A stretch of DNA of 64,000 nt from Octopus vulgaris (taxonomy: Eukaryota). Positions 12,523-25,061 of this stretch are shown here, one piece after another; positions within the stretch are counted from its first letter, which is position 1, and each line of letters starts with the position of its first letter. The notes under the pieces are model-generated. The model worked only from the letters and a program-made list of their open reading frames with translations. It did no database searches and had not been told where the DNA came from. Location of the stretch: positions 36,394,001 through 36,458,000 of the forward strand of contig OX597824.1 of the NCBI GenBank assembly GCA_951406725.2. The letters run 5' to 3'. A program made the translations under genes and the position numbers.

Positions 12523-13370
12523 TTCTCCGTATTTGTTTCTCTCTCCTTTCTCTCTCACTTTCCCACTCTCTTACTTTTCTTTTCTCTCGGACTCTCCCTC
12601 GCTTTCTCTTACTCTCTATCTTTATCTATCTCTCTCCCATTTATAAACAACAGAAGATCTTGAGTAAGTTGAGAAATAAAATATTTAGAAAGATCAATCA
12701 GAAATATAAAGCAGTGGCAATGGAAAGGTCTGCTTCAAGGCAGACAGCAAAACGCTAACATTTAAAAGGGACAGACGAACTTGCGAGCTGAATAAAAATA
12801 ATAAAATATTGGAAACCAAAGTTTGAAGGGATAGAATCTGAGGATAGTAGAGTCACCATGGCTGGCATTTCTTAACGACGGACAGCAACGTAGTGACAGT
12901 TTAACGGCTGGCGTAAAATTTTGAACTTGATGTAAAAGAAAATTCGTAAACACCAATTTTTGAAGTGATTCTTTCTCACGACAGTAGACTCACCATGGCA
13001 AGCATTCAAAACTTCTTTATCATGGACGGCAACACATTGACGATTAAAAGGCTGGCGCAAATTTTTTAGCTTGATGTAACAGAGAATTCCTAAACACCCG
13101 CTCCTTGAAATTTTAATTCCCTTCCAGCCCCATTTAGACCCCTTTTCACATTTTGGTTAATATAACCCGATTTCATTCGGGTCTACTGGGGCCACATTTT
13201 ATAAGATGAGGAATTTTGTCCTAGAGGTGACGCCTTTCATTTGAGGAAAAAAATAGTTGTCATGCAAACTTGCCAGCACTTTTAACATAGGTGTGCATAT
13301 TTTCAGCTGAATCGACCGACTACGTAATGCACACATTATATATATATATATATATATGTGTGTGTATATA

Positions 13371-13439
<69 letters not shown>

Positions 13440-13719
13440 ACGCATTATATATACAAATGTATACAAATGAGATATATATCTGTATAAATTAAATTAGAGA
13501 TAAAACCACTAATAGGCAAATCAAACAGTGAAAAACCAAAAACAAAAACATTAAAAAAATATATAATATAGAAAATATATAAAATATAAAATTGAAAAAT
13601 TTAAATTATTTAAATTGAAAATAAAAATTATTAAATTATATTTATAATTTGTTTAAAAATATATATAACTATGAAGAAGTATGAAAAAGTTTAATATACA
13701 TAAATACAGATATATACAC

Positions 13720-13955
13720 TTTGTATATATACATTATATATACATATTTATATATAGAACACACACACACACATACATTATATATACATATTTATATATA
13801 GAACACACACACACACACATACATTATATATACATATTTATATATAGAACACACACACATACATTTTATATACATATTTATAAATAGAACACACACACAC
13901 ACACATACATTATATATACATATTTATATATAGAACACACACACACACACATATA
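13720..13955. repeat. Minisatellite, about 5 units of about 40-46 bp
   Basis: Repeated atacattatatatacatatttatatatagaac(ac)n. Only one unit is present in the sister Helitron at about 11720-11780. Confidence 0.85.
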
Positions 13956-15156
13956 AATGAACGCAAGAATATCTGATTCATAATATTTGTTTTCATGATT
14001 GTGTGTTGTTGGTAGCGATAATAATTCTCCCTATGAATGCAAACAGATACATCAAAGAAAGCCGCTTGACGAACTTATAAAGGGAAAGTGAAAGGGAGTT
14101 GAGGGGAATACATTAAATAACTGTAGTGGTTTCTCAAAGTTATTATGAAGGGGAGTAAGAGAGGGAAAGGAGGAAATAGCGTGAGTGAGGACGATGGCCC
14201 CTAGCAACCACACCTTTTAAGATAGGGATTTCTAAGGTAGCCCACGAGCTTCGTCACCTCATTCTACATGTCCCTGTAAATTTTGGAGCGAAAGGGACGG
14301 GATGTAGTGGCATTGAAAGCGATCCAAGCGGTAAAAACGCATTTCAGTTTTATATATATATATATATATATAAGGCGGGGTGTGTAAATCACCCAAGGAA
14401 GAGTCAAGAAGAATAAAAGAAATATAATTAGCAATCCCAGAAAATCCTAAACGATTGGAAACTGGAAGACAACAGATAGTGAAACAGGTTGAAATGGAGA
14501 CTAGAGAAATATACGGCCACTTGCTTCAGAGGTCTGCGTAAAAAAGAAAGGAGAAAGAGAAAAAATAAAAAGGATGACCACGGGTCATGTGTGAGTAGCA
14601 GGAGGGAGAGAAGTGGTAGCGAGCAGAGAGGGAAGAGGAAAAAAGAGGGAGAGAAAAAGAGAGGGGGAGAGAGACAGAGAGAGAGAGAGACAGACAGACA
14701 GAATGACAGAGAAAGAGAAAAGGATGTACAGCGAAACAGGTTGAGGTGCAGACCAGAGAAAAATACGACTGGTTGCTTCAGCAAGAGGAGGAAGAAAGTA
14801 AGCATGAGGGAGAGAGAGAGAAAGAGGGAAAGGGAAAGAAGAAAGAAGAGGGATACAAATAAAAGTCATACGAATATATGAGCACTTACTATGAATAAAA
14901 TCGAAGGTACGTAGTGTTCTATTAGTTAATAAGTGGGGAAACATATAACAAATGCATAAACGAACGGAAAACTGACATAGCATCAGTCATCAACCACAGG
15001 GTCGAACGCAATTTCGTATTTTTAACGATAATGTTGTTTCCTTTCCGGTGGTGCCGGCATGAGAAAATACCAAGAAATGGGACCAAAACATAACAGAACG
15101 AGAACGAACAAGCAATAAATAGATAAACAAGCCTTACAAAAGTGGACATAGGAACA

Positions 15157-15233
<77 letters not shown>

Positions 15234-15329
15234 ATCCAAACAAGAAAGCACAAAAAAAAACACAACAACGCGAGGACGTGGAACAAAAATGGTATTATTG
15301 GACGCTCAGGAAAGTAGGAAAGAAGGAGG

Positions 15330-15364
15330 GTTTAACGTTTCGAACGGAGCTCTTCGTCGCAAAC
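15330..15364 (-). ncRNA. Minimal, degenerate type-I hammerhead motif
   Basis: Minus strand: GTTT-GCGACGA-AGAGCTCCGTTC-GAAACGTTA-AAC, with palindromic stem III (AACGTT). The first core box is mutated from CUGANGA. Confidence 0.5.
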
Positions 15365-15516
15365 ATAGGAGAAGGAAAGATCCAGAGAAAAAAAAAATCG
15401 CCAACGGTACACACGAGGTCACATTTTGAACGACCGGAAGGAAAAGGGTGAAGAAAGATGTTTTCAAAGACAGAAGAGTAGTATTGTCAAAGACATCAGA
15501 ATGGTAGAGGGGGGAA

Positions 15517-16625
15517 TGTGTGTGTAAGTGTGGATATGTGCGTGCACGGAGGTCTGTGTGTGCGTATGTGTGTGCATGTGTGCAATGATGACACGTGTGT
15601 GTGTGTGTGCGTGCGTGTGTGTGTCTATGTGTGTGTGGTTGTGGCTGTAAACAAAGGGCTAGTAGTAAGGCTGGCTAGTTTGTAAGGCTAGTAGAATAAG
15701 GAGTGGTGTTTTTGTCCCTGCCACAGGTCAGTACTGTTACTTTGAAGTATGTGTGTGTGTGCGTGTATGTATATGTATCGTGTGTGTATGCGTAGAGTTT
15801 GGGTGTGTGGCGAATAACTGTGCTTTACTTAGTGTATGTGTGCGTGTGTGCTTGTACCTGCGTATGTGTGTATATATGTATGTATAATTGTGTGCCGTAT
15901 GTATGGGATGTATGTGTGGGTTCATTTGTGTGTGTGTGTGCATGTATGTGCGTGCGTGTCGTATGTGCGTGTAGTTGTGTGTGCGTGTACGTGTGCGTTT
16001 GTATGTGTGTGTGTGTAAGTTTATATTGATGTATATGCGTGTATCCGTGGTGTTGTGAGTTTTGGGTGTGTGCATTGGTGTGCGTGTGTGCGTGCGTATG
16101 TGTGCGCATGTTTATGTGTGCGTATGTGTGTGTGTGTCTGTGCCTATATGTGTATACGTATGTGTATGTGTGTGTGCGCGTGTAGGCATATATTGTGTGT
16201 ATGTATATGTATCGGTGTGTATGTGAATTTGTGTATGCGTGTGTGGGGGTGGAGTTGTGTGGGCGTAATGTGCGTGCGTGTGCTTGAGTGCGCTTACGTG
16301 CGTGTATGTGTGTGTGTGTCTGTGCCCATGTGTGTATAAATGTGTGCGTATCTGTATGAGTATTGTTTGTTGGCGGTATATGTGGGCATCTGTGCTGGTG
16401 TGTGTGTATGTACGTGTGTATGTGTGTGTACGTGCGTGCGAGTGAATGTATGTATACATGTGCGTGTGTGTACAAATGTAGAGGTTTATATGTGTGTATA
16501 TATATGTATGCACGCACACACGTTATAATTGAAAGATTGATGGGAAAAAAATTGGTGTGGGTGTATGTGAATCCACAGGCACACACATAGATACACTGAC
16601 GCACGCCTGCAATACAGCCAACCCC

Positions 16626-16660
<35 letters not shown>

Positions 16661-17330
16661 TGTGTGTGTGAATGTATGCGTGTGTGTGTGTGGGGATTTT
16701 TTTTAGTTGTGTGGGCGTAATGTACATGCGTGTGCTTGTGTGCGTGTGTGCGCTTAAGTGCGTGTATGTGTGTGTGTGTATGTGCCCATGTATGTATAAG
16801 TGTGTGCGTATCTGTATGAGTATTGTTTGTTGGAAGTATATGTGGGCATCTGTGCTGGTCTGTGTGTATGTACGTTTGTATGTGTGTGTGCGTGTATTGT
16901 GTGCGTATGTACGTACGTGTGTGTGACCGTGGAGATGTGTGTTGGGTTGTGTTCATTTTAATGTGTGTACGCGCGTGTGCTTGAGTATGTGAGCGTATGT
17001 GGCTATGTGTACGTTTATGTGTGTGTGTCTAAAGGTATGTGTCTAAAGGTTTGTGTGTCTGTGTATGCTGGATGGGATAGGTTAGGTTTCTGTGCATTCT
17101 TGTGCGTTTGTGTGCGTTTGTGCACGTGTGTGTGTGCACGGGCTTATGTGCGTGTGCGCGTGAGGGTTTGTGGGTGTGTAGGTGTGTGTATTTTTGTGTG
17201 TGTGCGTGTGTATATATGTGTTGAAGTATGTGTGCGTATATGTGCATGTATGTTGTATGTGCGTGGTGTGTTGGAAGTATGTGTGTGTTCGTGGATACGT
17301 GAGTATGTGTGTGTATGTGTTTCTGTATAA
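15517..17330. repeat. 1.8-kb degenerate (TG/CA)-rich low-complexity tract with internal duplication
   Basis: TG-dominated sequence; about 16250-16440 is repeated at about 16705-16925. Confidence 0.9.
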
Positions 17331-18032
17331 GGACAATAATTTATAAAAACAATAAAATAATAAAAAAACAATAAATAATATAAAAGACGTTATAGCACGT
17401 AGGGAAAGGAATGAAAAAAAGGGAAGGAAGAAATAAGAAATAAAAAAAAGTTGCTTGTTGCGGTAGGTGGAGCGCAGTCACTAAGAGGAGGGGCTGTGTT
17501 GAGTCCGTGCGGGGTATTAGTCTGTAAAGTGAATATGAACCGTTGCTCCAAGTGAAGCCTGGATTGTGGAGGACCGTTGTGTGGGGCGAGACCAAACACA
17601 GAGATGTCATCGGGGAATGGCTGGCCGAGCAGAAGTGGCGTGCGACGGGAGAATTGGAACGCAGCCGAACACCCCTTAGATGTTCGGCGAATTGTTCGAC
17701 CAACCGGCGTCCCGTCTGTCCTACATACAGCATCCCGCAGAGGGTGCATTTTATGCAATATATGAGACCAGACGAAGTGCACGTAAATGAATGTCTAATA
17801 CGTACAAGGATTAAATCTTCATAAGAAATTATCAAGTAGTTAGCGTGAAAAATCCCATAAGAGAAAAAATCTGTAAATTTTTTCACTTGAATATATTTAT
17901 TTATATTATATAGAGGGCATTATTACACATAAATGCCGCACGCTAGGAGGAACTCTTAAAGTCAAAACTACCAAAATAAACATATCGTACCGAATGCAAG
18001 TCTCGAAGCAAGTCATTTAAAAACAGAATTTA

Positions 18033-18097
18033 GCTGCAGATCACCAGTGATTTCGTAATCAACGCAGTGGCTGCGTCCCTTACTCATCAGTGACAGC
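18033..18097 (-). ncRNA. Type-I hammerhead ribozyme
   Basis: Minus strand: GCTGTCA-CTGATGA-GTAA(gg gACGCAG cca CTGCGTt ga)TTAC-GAAA-TCAC tg GTGA-TC-TGCAGC. The core is intact and the cleavage triplet is AUC. Confidence 0.8.
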
Positions 18098-18205
18098 GTG
18101 ATTCAAGATTTATAATAAATGAACAAAATGAACATACCAGACGAACAAGCATCGTATCCACCGCAGCATATAGAACAGTTCACCCCTTATACATCTATGT
18201 AAATG

Positions 18206-18270
18206 GCTGCACCTGATGAGTAAGGGACGCAGCCACAGCGTTGATTACGAAATCACTGGTGATCTGCAGC
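18206..18270 (+). ncRNA. Type-I hammerhead ribozyme
   Basis: GCTGCA-c-CTGATGA-GTAA...TTAC-GAAA-TCAC tg GTGA-TC-TGCAGC. The core is intact, with 6-bp stem I, palindromic stem III and one extra C before the core. Confidence 0.75.
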
Positions 18271-18402
18271 TATATTCTGTTTTTAAATGACTTGCTTCGA
18301 GACTTGCATTCGGTACGATATATTTATTTTGGTAGTTATGATTTTAAGAGTCCCTCCTAGCGTGCGGCATTTATGTGTAATAATGCCCTCTATATAATAT
18401 AA

Positions 18403-18452
<50 letters not shown>

Positions 18453-19009
18453 TAATAAATAAAATATATGCATACATACAAACATATGTGTACGTACCGA
18501 CATCTATATGTATATATACATGCATATATAAATATATATACGTACAGGACACCACAAGAAGACGTGGAACAAGACGAAACGAAAACGGGAAAAACAATTA
18601 TGTACAGCAGAAAAACGAAGTACAGGACATGCTGCACAAGGAAAAATCCCCTTCATCAGCTGTCGCTCGCAGACATAGCGTGTTTCGAAGGCAAGACTGG
18701 ACACGTCTGTCCATGCTAGGCCTTCCTACGAGAGAATTAAAATAAAATAACCTTGTAGAGGGGTAAAACGAGCAAAAAAAAAAGTAACACAAAAAGGGAC
18801 GTAACAAAGAACTGCACAAAAAAAAACAATACAAAATTAAAGATACATGTAATACACTCATGTAAATATATGTAAATGCTTATATATAATATACAACATT
18901 TATATACACATATAATTTTAAAAGCCAAAGAAGCTACAAAACCCGTACCTATGGAATATTTGCTTCTTTCATCAAATAAATGAATAGATAAATAAATAAA
19001 TACATGAAT

Positions 19010-19010
19010 A

Positions 19011-19083
<73 letters not shown>

Positions 19084-19430
19084 TGATAATGATGATAATG
19101 ATAATGGTTTAAATTTTGCCACAAAGGCAGCCATTTGGGGGGAGGGTATAAATCGATTACATCAATCCGCAGTTTTTCACTGGTACTTAATTTATCGACC
19201 TAGAAAAGATGAAAGGCAAAGTCAATCTCGGCGGAATTTAAACTCAGAGCGTAGCGATGGGCGAGCTAACGCTTAGCATTTCGCCCGGCGAGCTACTGCC
19301 AGCTCACCGCCGAACAGCTAAAATATTTAGGAGAGATTTTGGTATGTGAGGCTACCTGTTGTAACCCGATGTTAAGGACTTTTCTTTTCCAACAGTCTAA
19401 TCTGTTCTGCATGTATGAAATAGTAATAAC

Positions 19431-19481
<51 letters not shown>

Positions 19482-19610
19482 GAGGAGGAGGAGGAGGAGA
19501 AGGAGGAGGAGGAGGATGAAGAAGAAGAAAAAGAAGAAGAAGAAGAAGAAGAAGAAGAAGAAGAAGAAGAAGAAGAAGAAGAAGAAGAAGAAGAAGAAGA
19601 AGAAGAAGAG
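19010..19610. repeat. Trinucleotide microsatellites: (TAA)n and compound (TAG)n(GAG)n(GAA)n
   Basis: Directly visible at about 19010-19082 and 19430-19610. Confidence 0.95.
19110..19312 (-). mobile_element. tRNA-derived SINE (octopus-type)
   Basis: Shares the block ggtacttaatttatcgacc..aaag.atgaaaggcaaagtc.a.ctcggcggaattt.aactcaga with copies at 20977-21560 and 57807-58020. The minus-strand head has A/B-box-like motifs. Confidence 0.8.
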
Positions 19611-20069
19611 CTTCGCGCGAATAATAAGATAAAATGCTCCGCGCTGAATAGCAACATGGATGTGCTACACCGGGCTCTCCATTCAAAAACAAATCTAATC
19701 TAACAACATTGGTGGAATGGGATAAAGGAACCTGTGGAAGACTTGAAGGGAGAGGTCTTTTAATGAAAATAATCACAAAAATGAAATTTTACTTCCATAC
19801 AAAGCACACTTTCTCCTATGCACGATGTCTCAGAAAAAACATGTGCGAAACACACACGCGAAATCAACACCAAAATGTTGACAAATTATAAAATATAAAT
19901 GGAACAAAACAGTAAGTAGATAAATAGAGTACTTACACGTACATTTGAATGTCTACGCAATCATATATACATTTTCAATCACAAACATCCTATACAACAC
20001 ATAATAAGCCAACATCGATTTCATGAAAAGAAACCTCAAAAAATCCTCATTGGGACCATATTAGTTTGA

Positions 20070-20700
20070 AATGCTAAAAGCACAATTTCTACTCATATCG
20101 ATCATGTTGGTTTTAAATGCAAAACAACACAATCTCTACTCATATCAAAAAATCACTACCAGCATTGTTACATCCTGTGTAGATGAGTGCCACGCAGTTA
20201 GAGCCATTGCAGTCACTTCAAATGACAGGCCTCGCTATCACCAAGAATCTCTCAGAATAAAAGTCCATCCATAAATATAGCTGGTACTACGTAACAGAAA
20301 CTGGCCCTTATCTACATGATAGAAAAATTTCAGCCCCCAACAAATTCTGATATCTTGCAAATCTCAAGTTAATACCATAATAGAGTGCTCCTCTCAGATT
20401 TGGGACAGTGCTGCTGTTATGTGCAGACTCATCCTGGAATGCATCCAAAGAAGGACATATGGATTGAGTGACACACAATCGCTAACAGACATGCAACAAT
20501 AACTGTTCCATATGCATTTAGTCATCACTCTCTGTCTTCCACTTCCATCAATCATAGACATACTTCAGTCACTAGTCAACGCGTGGATGGTTCCCTGTCC
20601 ATATTTTCTATTCAATCCATATATGACATACTACAATCACTTATCTACAGGCGGCTGACGCTCCTCTCTTTCCAATAATAAAGGACCCACTGACCTACTT
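20070..20700 (+). mobile_element. Highly decayed LINE 3' (post-RT) remnant
   Basis: Fragmentary peptide SQIWDSA....LECIQRR resembles the C-terminal region of LINE ORF2 proteins. Confidence 0.35.
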
Positions 20701-20976
20701 CAGATATATTTCCTAGTTCATGAAGGTGAGTTATGGTTGTAGTGTCTTGAATTCTCATGCAGTTTACATTAATTTAGTCATGTAGACATGTTGTTAAGAT
20801 AGACCCAAAGACAAAATTATAAATTTCGAAATTATTTACACCATGTGCCTGAACAGTGATGGGACATGTCAATATGTTCTCACCTGCATCTGTATTGTTT
20901 TCGAGACTGAAATCATATTTGGGATTTCTTTAAAGACGACTAGAATTGAGAAAGAAGTTAACAATGTTAAAATATT

Positions 20977-21560
20977 CTTTTCTACTCTTGACACGAGGCC
21001 CGAAATTTTGGGGAAGTGGCCAGTCGATTATATCGATCCCAGTACGCAACTGGTACTTGATTTATCGACACTGAAAGGATGAAAGGGAAAGCTGACCTCG
21101 GCGGGATTTTAAACTCAGAACGTAACGGCAGAGAAAATACCTTTCTTTACTACCCACAAGGGGCTAAACACAGAAGAGACAAACAAGGACAGACAGACGG
21201 ATTAAGTCGATTACATCAACCCCAGTGCGTAACTGGTACTTAATTTATCGACTCCGAAATTGTCGAAAGGCAAAGTCGACCTCGGCGGAATTTGAACTCA
21301 CAACGTAACGGCAGACGAAATACCACTAAGCATTTCGCCCGGCGTGCTAACGTCTCTGCCAGCTCGCCGCTTTTACAATGTTAAAATATTAATTTCTTTA
21401 TTGCCCAAAGGGGAATAAACATAGAGTGGACAAACAAGGATAGACAAAGGGATTGAGTCGATTACATCAACTCCAGTGCGTAACCGGTACTTATTTAATC
21501 GAGCCTAAAGTATGAAAGGCAAGGTGGACCTCGGTGGAATTTGAACTCAGAACGAAATAG
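20977..21560 (-). mobile_element. Three adjacent copies of the tRNA-derived SINE
   Basis: The core block gtcgattac/tatc.accccagt.cg.aactggtactt...gacctcgg.ggaatttgaactca recurs three times. Confidence 0.85.
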
Positions 21561-21589
21561 CAGAATGTTATGAAGTATATTGTTCACAT

Positions 21590-22841
21590 CTCCAGAGGCA
21601 TAAAATTCGAGCCAGTTTCCGCGTCACAGCTCCGTAAATAAGAGTTCCAGTCTGCTTTATTCCAGTCAAATCGGGCAGTTTGAAGACAGTTGTGGTTTTT
21701 GTTACAACCAGAGACAAGTCGGCCATGATCATGGAATGATCAGAGTCACCTAAAGGTTCTTCAGTAGTGACACTAATAATTGTTTCAGGAGAAGCGGTAA
21801 ATAGCAGATCTAAAGAGATGTTACCCCTTGTAGGGGAGTTAACGACTTGAGACCAATTTCAATTCCGCACCAGTTCAAGGAAATCGTCTGCACTTTGCGG
21901 CCAACGGAAGGCCTCTCAGTCAATCTCAGGAAAATTGAAGTTCCCCGCAATATAAACATAAGTGGCTGTTTTCATGGCAGCAACTCTGAGGATATCAAAA
22001 TGTTGTGTGTCTTGATGATAATTTGGGAGACGGTAAACAACTCCGAGTAGAAGTGTTGACATGGTCATGTGTATATTGCAGAAAAATACTTCCTGTTGAG
22101 ATTGGTTCAAATCATCACAAGGAATTGCCGATAGATTTGAACGAACGTAAACCATCACACCCCCACCACGGCGATTAATGCGGTCTTTGCGGAACAGGTT
22201 GTAGCCGGCTATGCTGAAAACCCCATCACAGAGTGCAGAGTGTGCCCATGTTTCCGTGACTGTGATGCAATCTTGGTCGATACTTTTGACGTAAGAGTAA
22301 AAAAGATGTACTTTGTTGCATAAACTACGGGCATTTAAAGACAACAGTTTGTATCTGGATTTCAGATGACGATGATATACAGGGGATGGCTGATTGTTCT
22401 TGTTTAGTTTTCCATGATTTTTGTATTGCCAGTTATTGTGGGTGCAGTATGTTCAGACCAACTGATATCCCTTATCCACGACTCACCAGACTTGACGAAT
22501 TTCCATATTCCCATCGTCGCGTAGGCTAAAGCTTTCCTGTGGCACAGAGTTGCGATTTAGGGAAGCTACAGATCTTAGCTTTGAAAGAACGTACATCAGT
22601 TGGTAGGCCAGGACGTGTCCGAAAGGTAATTCTGTTTTCGCGCCGAGCCCTATCAGCGGCTAGATGGTATGCCCGCGCCTCAGTAGAGTTCGAAAACAAC
22701 AGCTTAATCAATCTGGGTTTGGATCCTGGTCGGTCAAAGCGGAAAGCACTTTTTGGAGGAACACAGCTTAGGTCTTTAGATGTGTTGCCAGTAAATGCCT
22801 GTAGATCTACCACATCTTCCGATAGAATCCCATTTCTATGA
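21590..22841 (-). mobile_element. CR1/L2-like LINE fragment (ORF1 end plus APE endonuclease)
   Basis: ORF 21916-22344: SLNARSLCNK..ITVTETW..GYNLFRKDR..RGGGVMVYV..GVVYR..GNFNFP, the APE-type endonuclease motifs. Confidence 0.85.
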
Positions 22842-23508
22842 AAACATATTAAAATTAGAATTTTAAAGTTTTATTATTCACACTCAGCAAAATCTCTGCT
22901 GAAGTAAATGATGCATAGATGCCTCCATTAATCTTAATCGTCTGGATCCTTAACTTTAAATGTAGGAACCATGTTATAGGTGGGGTTTAACTAAACTAAA
23001 ACAAAGTACATGTTTTGCGAGTTATGATGGTTCAGTCAAGGTATTTTTTAAAAACTTTTCCAGACTTTTACGAGATTGGAGAGACTTTTATGAAAATAAT
23101 GGATGAAAAATTATTTCAGAAACTAAAATGATACAGACTGATGAATAGAATAGATTACTGTATTATCAATTTGAATCCGTAGTGATTATTACTAATTTAC
23201 TGTTTGATTTCCTAGAATGTAACCAATTAAGATTGCTTCTAATTTTTATTGAGTGGATTCTGTAGCTAAAGCAATTGATATTAACGAGCAATTGAGAAAT
23301 TGATATTATAAATAAATAAGCAAATACCTCGTTAATTCACCTTAAATGTCAGGTAGTAATTTACAAATAACTCATGAATTATTTATAATGATAACAATTA
23401 TTCAGTATATTGATACAAAAATTTCTTCTCTTCAAGTGTCGGTAAGCAGTAGACTGAATTGATGTGGATACTGAGGGGGTGGGTGGCCCACGTAATGATT
23501 AGACTGAC

Positions 23509-23518
23509 TATATAAATA
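23509..23518 (+). promoter_or_regulatory. TATA box of M4 protease copy 2
   Basis: TATATAAATA 85 nt upstream of ATG 23594. Confidence 0.6.
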
Positions 23519-23593
23519 AGAGTCAGCAATGATTGAGATACATCTTGAGCTGGTTTTTGAAAAGAGCATAGGATTTGTGAATATTACACAATC

Positions 23594-23642
23594 ATGAGGC
23601 ATTTGATGGTTATATTTTATTCCTGGCATCTCCTATTTGGCA
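23594..23642 (+). CDS. M4 metalloprotease copy 2, exon 1 (signal peptide)
   Basis: Identical to 1125-1173, with GTAAGT donor at 23643 and a phase-1 join to the acceptor at 29142/29143. Confidence 0.88.
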
Positions 23643-25027
23643 GTAAGTATATTTTCAAGAATTTTTTATTATTGAATTTACATGTATTTTATCTTTATAT
23701 TTTCTGATTATGACAAATTACTTGTTTTCTACATGAAACATTTTATAGAACTTAGGTTTTACTTATGGATATTATTTCAATACTTATATGATAGACAGTG
23801 GAAAAAATGAAGGGTAAAGTTGCTATCACCGTCGAGATATGAACCCAGGTTGTAAATATATGATATTGATCACAGCAAAATATGTATTACTCATCTCTAG
23901 CATTGCAGTCAGGAGTCTGCTGAGGCACATACACTCAAACACACGCTCGTTCGCTTTATTTTGGTCGCACTGCCTTCCAGACGTGTGCCAAAAGTTGGCC
24001 CTCTTGTGTTTATGTAACCAAGCTTACTTTGATTGCTCCAGTTTTCTTTCTTGTGTTACAGAGTAAACATGGCTGCTCCACTGAAATTGTGCACCAAGGA
24101 AGAATAGAGATCTGTGACTTGTTTTTTCTGGTCTGAAGATGTGTTAGGGACTGAAATTCATTGCAGGCTTTAGTACGATACAGAGATATCACTCTACAAC
24201 TTAAAGTTCAATAATGGCAAGTCAAGCATGAACTTTGCTGCCAATGAACATCATTTGAATTTGTAGCACCCTCTTTTTTCCTTCATTGAAGTACCTTACA
24301 AAAAACAGACCACAAAACTTGTTTGTGACACGATCATATTTTACAAAATTGGCGTTGAATAAATCCACTTTTCATATATTTTAGCTTTGCCATTATTTTA
24401 AACATGTTCCAAACGACATCTTGCTAATTTTGAATATTTGGAATCAAATATGATTTCAGCTGTATTTGACTGAATACACTTGTTGCTGATAAATATTGTT
24501 GCTTTCTTGCTTTTGTTTTGAGTTTTGTTCTAGACTGCGTTGTCTCTATAATTTTGCACAACTGCTTTAAAGTTTGATTAGCACGGTGAAAAACTCGGTG
24601 AAATCTGCATATTCACTTGTTGATTTTTTTTGGTATGGTTCCATATATTATCAATTTATTTTAGTTAAGATCGAAATCTTAGAGATCTCTTTTGGTTTTT
24701 GTAGGATATCTGTGTTTTTGTCTTCCCACATGAGTCAGACTTTGCTGACGTTTTTGTTCTTTGGATGGTTGTGTTTTTTTTTTCATGTGCAAATAAATAT
24801 AAAGAAAAGATAAATTGAAAATGCGCTTGAAATTCTTGGAAAAAAAATTTTTTATTTACTTAAATGGTTTCAAAATTTCATAATTTCTAAATATTCTGTG
24901 AACTGGAGAGATGCAGAATTGGAGGTATATTTTTATAATAATATACATACATGCATACATACTTATATACATATATGCATAAATACATACATACATACAT
25001 ACATACATACATACATACATACATACA

Positions 25028-25061
<34 letters not shown>

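Larger units (their letters stand above)
12151..14372 (-). mobile_element. Non-autonomous Helitron, head-to-tail with the previous copy
   Basis: CTAG plus hairpin terminus at 12151. 12523-12815 matches about 8402-8700 and 13070-13150 matches about 8710-8790. Ends in a (TA)n tract. Confidence 0.8.
15230..17810 (-). mobile_element. Penelope-like retroelement fragment (GIY-YIG endonuclease, 3' region, hammerhead motif)
   Basis: ORF 17341-17886: FTCTSSGLIYCIKCTLCGMLYVGQTGRRLVEQFAEHLRGV...SPVARHF is a Penelope-type GIY-YIG domain. It is followed on the minus strand by a CA-rich tract and a minimal hammerhead motif, and ends at (TA)n. Confidence 0.85.
17891..18410. mobile_element. Fold-back element with about 200-bp inverted arms, each carrying a hammerhead ribozyme
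   Basis: 17891-18090 is the near reverse complement of 18213-18410, with a spacer of about 120 bp and TA-rich flanks. Confidence 0.9.

Noticed and set aside
14480-14782. About 50-bp imperfect direct repeat and K/R/E-rich ORF 14489-14881
   Set aside because: Purine-rich low-complexity interior of a repeat; no ribozyme core or protein domain recognised.
15737-17371. Many long ORFs such as [18 protein letters not shown] (also 2.4-4 kb, 44.7 kb, 52-56 kb)
   Set aside because: Stop-free translations of dinucleotide and tetranucleotide microsatellites.
19339-19776. Poly-S/R/K or poly-L/P/T ORFs
   Set aside because: Compound trinucleotide microsatellite with no splice signals or domain.
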